NCBI GenBank assembly: GCA_013695925.1
Contig: JACCZO010000180.1
Coordinates: 1-34,713 of the forward strand
DNA length: 34,713 bases
Origin: Chthoniobacterales bacterium
GTDB taxonomy: Bacteria > Verrucomicrobiota > Verrucomicrobiia > Chthoniobacterales > UBA10450
Direction of reading: 5' to 3'
This document shows, piece after piece, positions 31,958-34,713 of the stretch; position 1 is the first letter of the stretch, and every line of letters begins with the position of its first letter. A program made the position numbers and the translations under genes. Below the pieces are notes generated by a model. The model worked only from the letters and a program-made list of their open reading frames with translations, was not told the DNA's origin and ran no database searches.

Positions 31958-33249
31958 GGCCTCTCTGGCAGGCGGATCTTGCCCGCCTTGCTGTTGTAGT
32001 AATAACCGCGGTCGTCCGACCAGACGGTCACGATGACCCCCTTCTTCTGCCAGCCTTCGCGCCCGGTGATCCGCTTGTAGACAAGGGGCGTCTTAGGATC
32101 GGGCACGTGGAGGTAAATGCCCGTCTCCGTGCCCGGGCCGGCGCGCACCAGTTCCACATCGATCAGGTCGTCAAAGACGATATCGACTGCAGGAGGGCCA
32201 ACGTAGTGCATTTGCAGCAATACCCGCAGGACGCCTGAGTCGGGAAAGATGATGGGCACGATAACGGCATAGCGCGTCGTCGACGCGCCCCCCCCGAACT
32301 TCACATCCAGGCCATCGGAATAAGTCGGCGCCGAATCCTGCCCGTTGAACAGCACCTTCTGCTGACCGTGAGCGGTCGTGAATTCGAAGCGCGCGCTAAC
32401 TCCGGAAATTCCTTTCAGTGGTTGTTTCGAATGCGGATATGGAGCCGCCCCCGGTCCAGACCAATCCAGAAAGTAGCGAAGGAAGAACTCCTCCGCCTCA
32501 CCTTCATAGGCGACCAATCTGCCGACACACGTGCGGTGTCCCGCAGGACCATCTCCTTGGACCGGGCCTGTTCCCTCGACAAAGGCCCCCATAACGTAAT
32601 CAGGATTACATTCCCTGTTCTCGGTGTGCATCCAGATCGTAATATTGTCAGCCGACCACGGCTCTGTCGCCTTGGCAGTTGCCCCGGCGCTGGGCCCCTT
32701 GCCCGCCGGTTTGTCGTCGGGCGACCTGCTCAGGACTGGCCCCGTGGCCCGCCCCACGAGCTGTTGCTTAGCCAAATCGGCCCCCACGGTTTCCTGCAGC
32801 ATGGTCTCGGCTTTCCTCTCCGATTCATCGTCGGCGTCCCTGACTTCGAGGCGGGCAGGCACCGGAATCTCGCCCTCGCTCTGTTGGAGGAAGTGGGTCA
32901 ACTCGTGCTTCAGCAGGCGAAGTCCCTCGGCCGTGCCGGGAGCGAAACGGTCTTTGGCAAACGCGATGTGCGACCCCACTGTGTAGGCGTGGGCATCCAC
33001 CGCCTGCGCTGAATCCGCCGCGCTCGAATCGCTATGAATTCGCACCCGGCCAAAATCATGTCCGAAGCGCGCCTCCATTGCCACACGAGTGGACTCTTCC
33101 AACGGCTGCCCGGGGGAACGCAAAACCTGATGCACAATTGGTGGCGCAATCGCCGGCGCCGCATCATTGGCAGCGCGGCGCTGCAGACGTGCGTTCGCTG
33201 GCACACACTGGCAACTCAAAGCGGGCGACCGCTGGCCTTGGAAAATCAT
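31954..33249 (-). CDS. DUF4157 domain protein 1 (DUF4157 with HELTH + orphan ~270 aa beta-rich C-terminal domain)
   Basis: It contains PPIVHQVLRSPGQPLEESTRVAMEARFGHDFGRVRIHSD...AYTVGSHIAF...LLKHELTHFLQQ. I preferred the ATG at 33249, which overlaps the upstream stop (ATGA), to the TTG at 33267. Confidence 0.85.
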   Translation of the reverse strand: MIFQGQRSPALSCQCVPANARLQRRAANDAAPAIAPPIVHQVLRSPGQPLEESTRVAMEARFGHDFGRVRIHSDSSAADSAQAVDAHAYTVGSHIAFAKDRFAPGTAEGLRLLKHELTHFLQQSEGEIPVPARLEVRDADDESERKAETMLQETVGADLAKQQLVGRATGPVLSRSPDDKPAGKGPSAGATAKATEPWSADNITIWMHTENRECNPDYVMGAFVEGTGPVQGDGPAGHRTCVGRLVAYEGEAEEFFLRYFLDWSGPGAAPYPHSKQPLKGISGVSARFEFTTAHGQQKVLFNGQDSAPTYSDGLDVKFGGGASTTRYAVIVPIIFPDSGVLRVLLQMHYVGPPAVDIVFDDLIDVELVRAGPGTETGIYLHVPDPKTPLVYKRITGREGWQKKGVIVTVWSDDRGYYYNSKAGKIRLPERP

Positions 33250-33500
33250 TCCGTTCCTCCTTTCCAAATCGTGCGCGCAATCTGCCGACCAGCGCGCGAC
33301 GGTTTCGTTAGACTTGCGGCGCGTAGCGGGCCGGCCTCGATTTTTTCCGGACTCTGATGCCAGGCCACCGGGAGGCCTTTTTCCATCAGCAATCCACGCA
33401 ACTCGCTTTCCAGCACGTCGCCGATCCGCCAGCGATCACCCGGGGCAAAGCCGTGCAGGACCAGCTCCTCGATGTGGACCTCGATCTCGCGCGGATTCAT
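33246..33500 (-). CDS. Small conserved-looking hypothetical protein (84 aa), translationally coupled to the first DUF4157 gene
   Basis: It starts at the ATG at 33500 (MNPREIEVHIEELVLHGFAPGDRWRIGDVLESELRGLL). The 37 codons upstream in the track ORF translate repeat element D. Confidence 0.6.
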   Translation of the reverse strand: MNPREIEVHIEELVLHGFAPGDRWRIGDVLESELRGLLMEKGLPVAWHQSPEKIEAGPLRAASLTKPSRAGRQIARTIWKGGTE

Positions 33501-33514
33501 AGGACTGAGGTGAT

Positions 33515-33598
33515 CCGCAGATTTCGCAGATTCACGCAGATGATTTGGGGCGCTTTTTCCTTTCCTCAAATCTGCGGACATCTGCGTCATCTGCAGAT
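33515..33598. repeat. Palindromic CGCAGATT-repeat element (copy D, gene-less)
   Basis: CCGCAGATTTCGCAGATTCACGCAGAT (33515-33541) is mirrored by AAATCTGCGGACATCTGCGTCATCTGCAGAT (33568-33598). It fills the gap between the ATPase and the small gene. Confidence 0.72.
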
Positions 33599-33607
33599 TA
33601 TTTAGTC

Positions 33608-34713
33608 TCATCGCCAGCCTCCCAATTCCGCTTCGGTCAGCGGTTTTTCGAGCTTCTCGTATTCAAGGCGGGCCGCGCCTAACAAATGCGGCATTCGCAC
33701 CGGTTCGCCCGCATCGGCCGCGGCAAAGGCGGCATTGAGCGCGATGCTGCGAATGTTCCCGCCAGAAATCGAAAGGCGGGAAAGGGCGCGCAGGTCCAAT
33801 TGATCGGTCGGCGTTTTCGCAGGGAAAATTCTTTTCCAGATTTCCGCGCGCTGCGCCTGATCGGGAAAGGGAAACTGGACGATGAAGCGCAACCGGCGGA
33901 GGAAAGCCTGATCGAGCGCCTCCTTCATGTTGGTGGTCAGAATCGCCAGCCCGCGATAGGCCTCCATTCGCTGCAGGAGGTAGCTGATCTCGACGTTGGC
34001 GTAACGATCGTGGCTGTCTTTCACCTCGCTCCGTTTGCCGAAGAGCGCGTCGGCCTCGTCGAAGAGCAGGACCGCACCGCCTTCCTCCGCTGCATCGAAG
34101 ACGCGCCGCAGATTCTTTTCCGTCTCGCCGATGTACTTGCTCACCACCGCGCTGAGATCGATCCGGAAAAGATCGAGCCGCATTTCGTTCGCGAGGATTT
34201 CGGCGGCAAGCGTTTTGCCGGTGCCGCTCGGGCCGGCGAAGAGCGCGCTCAAGCCGAGCCCGCGGCTCGATTGCTCGGCGAAACCCCACTCGTCGTAGAC
34301 CCGGCCGCGCTGCCGCAGATGCTGTGCGATCGTCTTCAGCACGGTCATCTGTGGCGTCGGCAGGACGATATCGGCCCAGGTGGCGTTCGAGGTGATGCGC
34401 GGCGCAAGATCCTGCAGGCGCGGACGGGCCTGCAGCCGGCAGGCATCCCAGAGACTCGACTCCGATGGTTCGCCTAACAATCCCGTCGCGGTCGTCCGGA
34501 TCGCGGCGGTGCTGAAGTCGAATTGCGCAACCAAGTGGTCGAGATGTCCGTTCCAGTTGCGGGCGTTTTCCCCGATCGCCTGTTCCCAGGCGAGGCGCTG
34601 CTCCGCCCGAGTTGGCTTCGGCACCTCGATCGTCATCAGCGGCCGCTCTAGATCGCGTCGCGGCTCGCGCGTGGAGATGAGCAACGGCGTGCCCGTGAGC
34701 TCGATCCAGCGCG
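33608..34713 (-). CDS. AAA+ ATPase of the eCIS type (Afp15/Pvc15-like), N-terminus beyond the right edge
   Basis: The frame stays open from 34684 to the window edge. It has Walker A (GPSGTGKT), Walker B (VLLFDEADALF), SKYIGETEKNLRRVF and LAILTTN..ALDQAFLRR, which is a CDC48/FtsH-like AAA core. Confidence 0.9.
   Translation of the reverse strand, partial: RWIELTGTPLLISTREPRRDLERPLMTIEVPKPTRAEQRLAWEQAIGENARNWNGHLDHLVAQFDFSTAAIRTTATGLLGEPSESSLWDACRLQARPRLQDLAPRITSNATWADIVLPTPQMTVLKTIAQHLRQRGRVYDEWGFAEQSSRGLGLSALFAGPSGTGKTLAAEILANEMRLDLFRIDLSAVVSKYIGETEKNLRRVFDAAEEGGAVLLFDEADALFGKRSEVKDSHDRYANVEISYLLQRMEAYRGLAILTTNMKEALDQAFLRRLRFIVQFPFPDQAQRAEIWKRIFPAKTPTDQLDLRALSRLSISGGNIRSIALNAAFAAADAGEPVRMPHLLGAARLEYEKLEKPLTEAELGGWR

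Noticed and set aside
27693-33249. Looked for small immunity-type ORFs between or after the DUF4157 genes
   Set aside because: None exists. The genes overlap by 4 nt or are 3 nt apart. I therefore make no toxin-immunity claim, and the absence is noted only as compatible with extracellular, non-self targeting.
33501-33611. N-terminal 37 codons of the 121-aa track ORF (MRLNNLQMTQMSADLRKGKSAPNHLRESAKSADHLSP)
   Set aside because: This is a translation of palindromic repeat element D. The same peptide-like strings recur wherever the repeat occurs.
13114-34477. Long + strand ORFs inside the eCIS operon (e.g. 13114..14022, 16514..17089, 17641..18174, 20888..21406, 24988..25668, 27780..28415, 30383..31060, 32368..33012, 33686..34477)
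   Set aside because: All are antisense to genes with clear phage-tail, DUF4157 or AAA homology. They show shadow-ORF composition and no start context.
12204-34713. Reading the locus as a prophage tail module or a T6SS
   Set aside because: There are no head, packaging, lysis or integrase genes and no TssJLM/TssBC-type genes in 22 kb. The presence of the dedicated AAA+ ATPase and DUF4157 genes fits an eCIS. The caveat is that the right-hand part of the locus is not visible.

Overview
This is a GC-rich bacterial chromosomal window (taxon not determinable here; the gene content and repeat families look Verrucomicrobia/Planctomycetes-like, which is a guess). The left third (1-12.2 kb) is ordinary housekeeping: the yebC 3' end, rho with a long disordered N-terminal extension, a DUF4112 protein, glnE, a rhomboid protease, a YegS/DAGK-type lipid kinase, an AsmA-like protein, rsmD, waaA, tRNA-Glu(UUC) and a family-25 glycosyltransferase.

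The right two-thirds (12.2-34.7 kb) is one long minus-strand, tightly coupled operon. It encodes the baseplate/spike/effector half of an extracellular contractile injection system (eCIS; Afp/PVC-like phage-tail-like particle). In operon order it contains:
- an AAA+ ATPase that runs off the right edge
- a small 84-aa protein
- three tandem DUF4157 proteins with unrelated C-terminal domains (one aspzincin-like)
- a CIS tube-like protein and a LysM-like protein
- a gpD-like hub, a gpV/gp5 spike and a PAAR-like tip
- gp25/GPW and two ~820-840 aa baseplate proteins
- a gpI-like tail protein
- a DUF6519/beta-helix fibre that appears split by a frameshift
- a terminal unknown protein

Sheath, tube, tape measure and cap genes are expected beyond the right edge.

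Four things are not explained by the gene list:
1. Two GxxExxY (PD-(D/E)XK-like) genes, each bounded by inverted repeats, tightly bracket the PAAR gene. Gene-less palindromic relatives of one of them sit in other intercistronic gaps of the operon.
2. A second REP-like palindrome family is present in two copies.
3. The heptamer CGTTAGG/CCTAACG is strongly over-represented. It occurs in both orientations, in core and eCIS genes alike.
4. A 30-nt duplicate of the tRNA-Glu 3' end lies at the core/eCIS boundary.

All domain calls come from reading the translations by eye. No database search was run.
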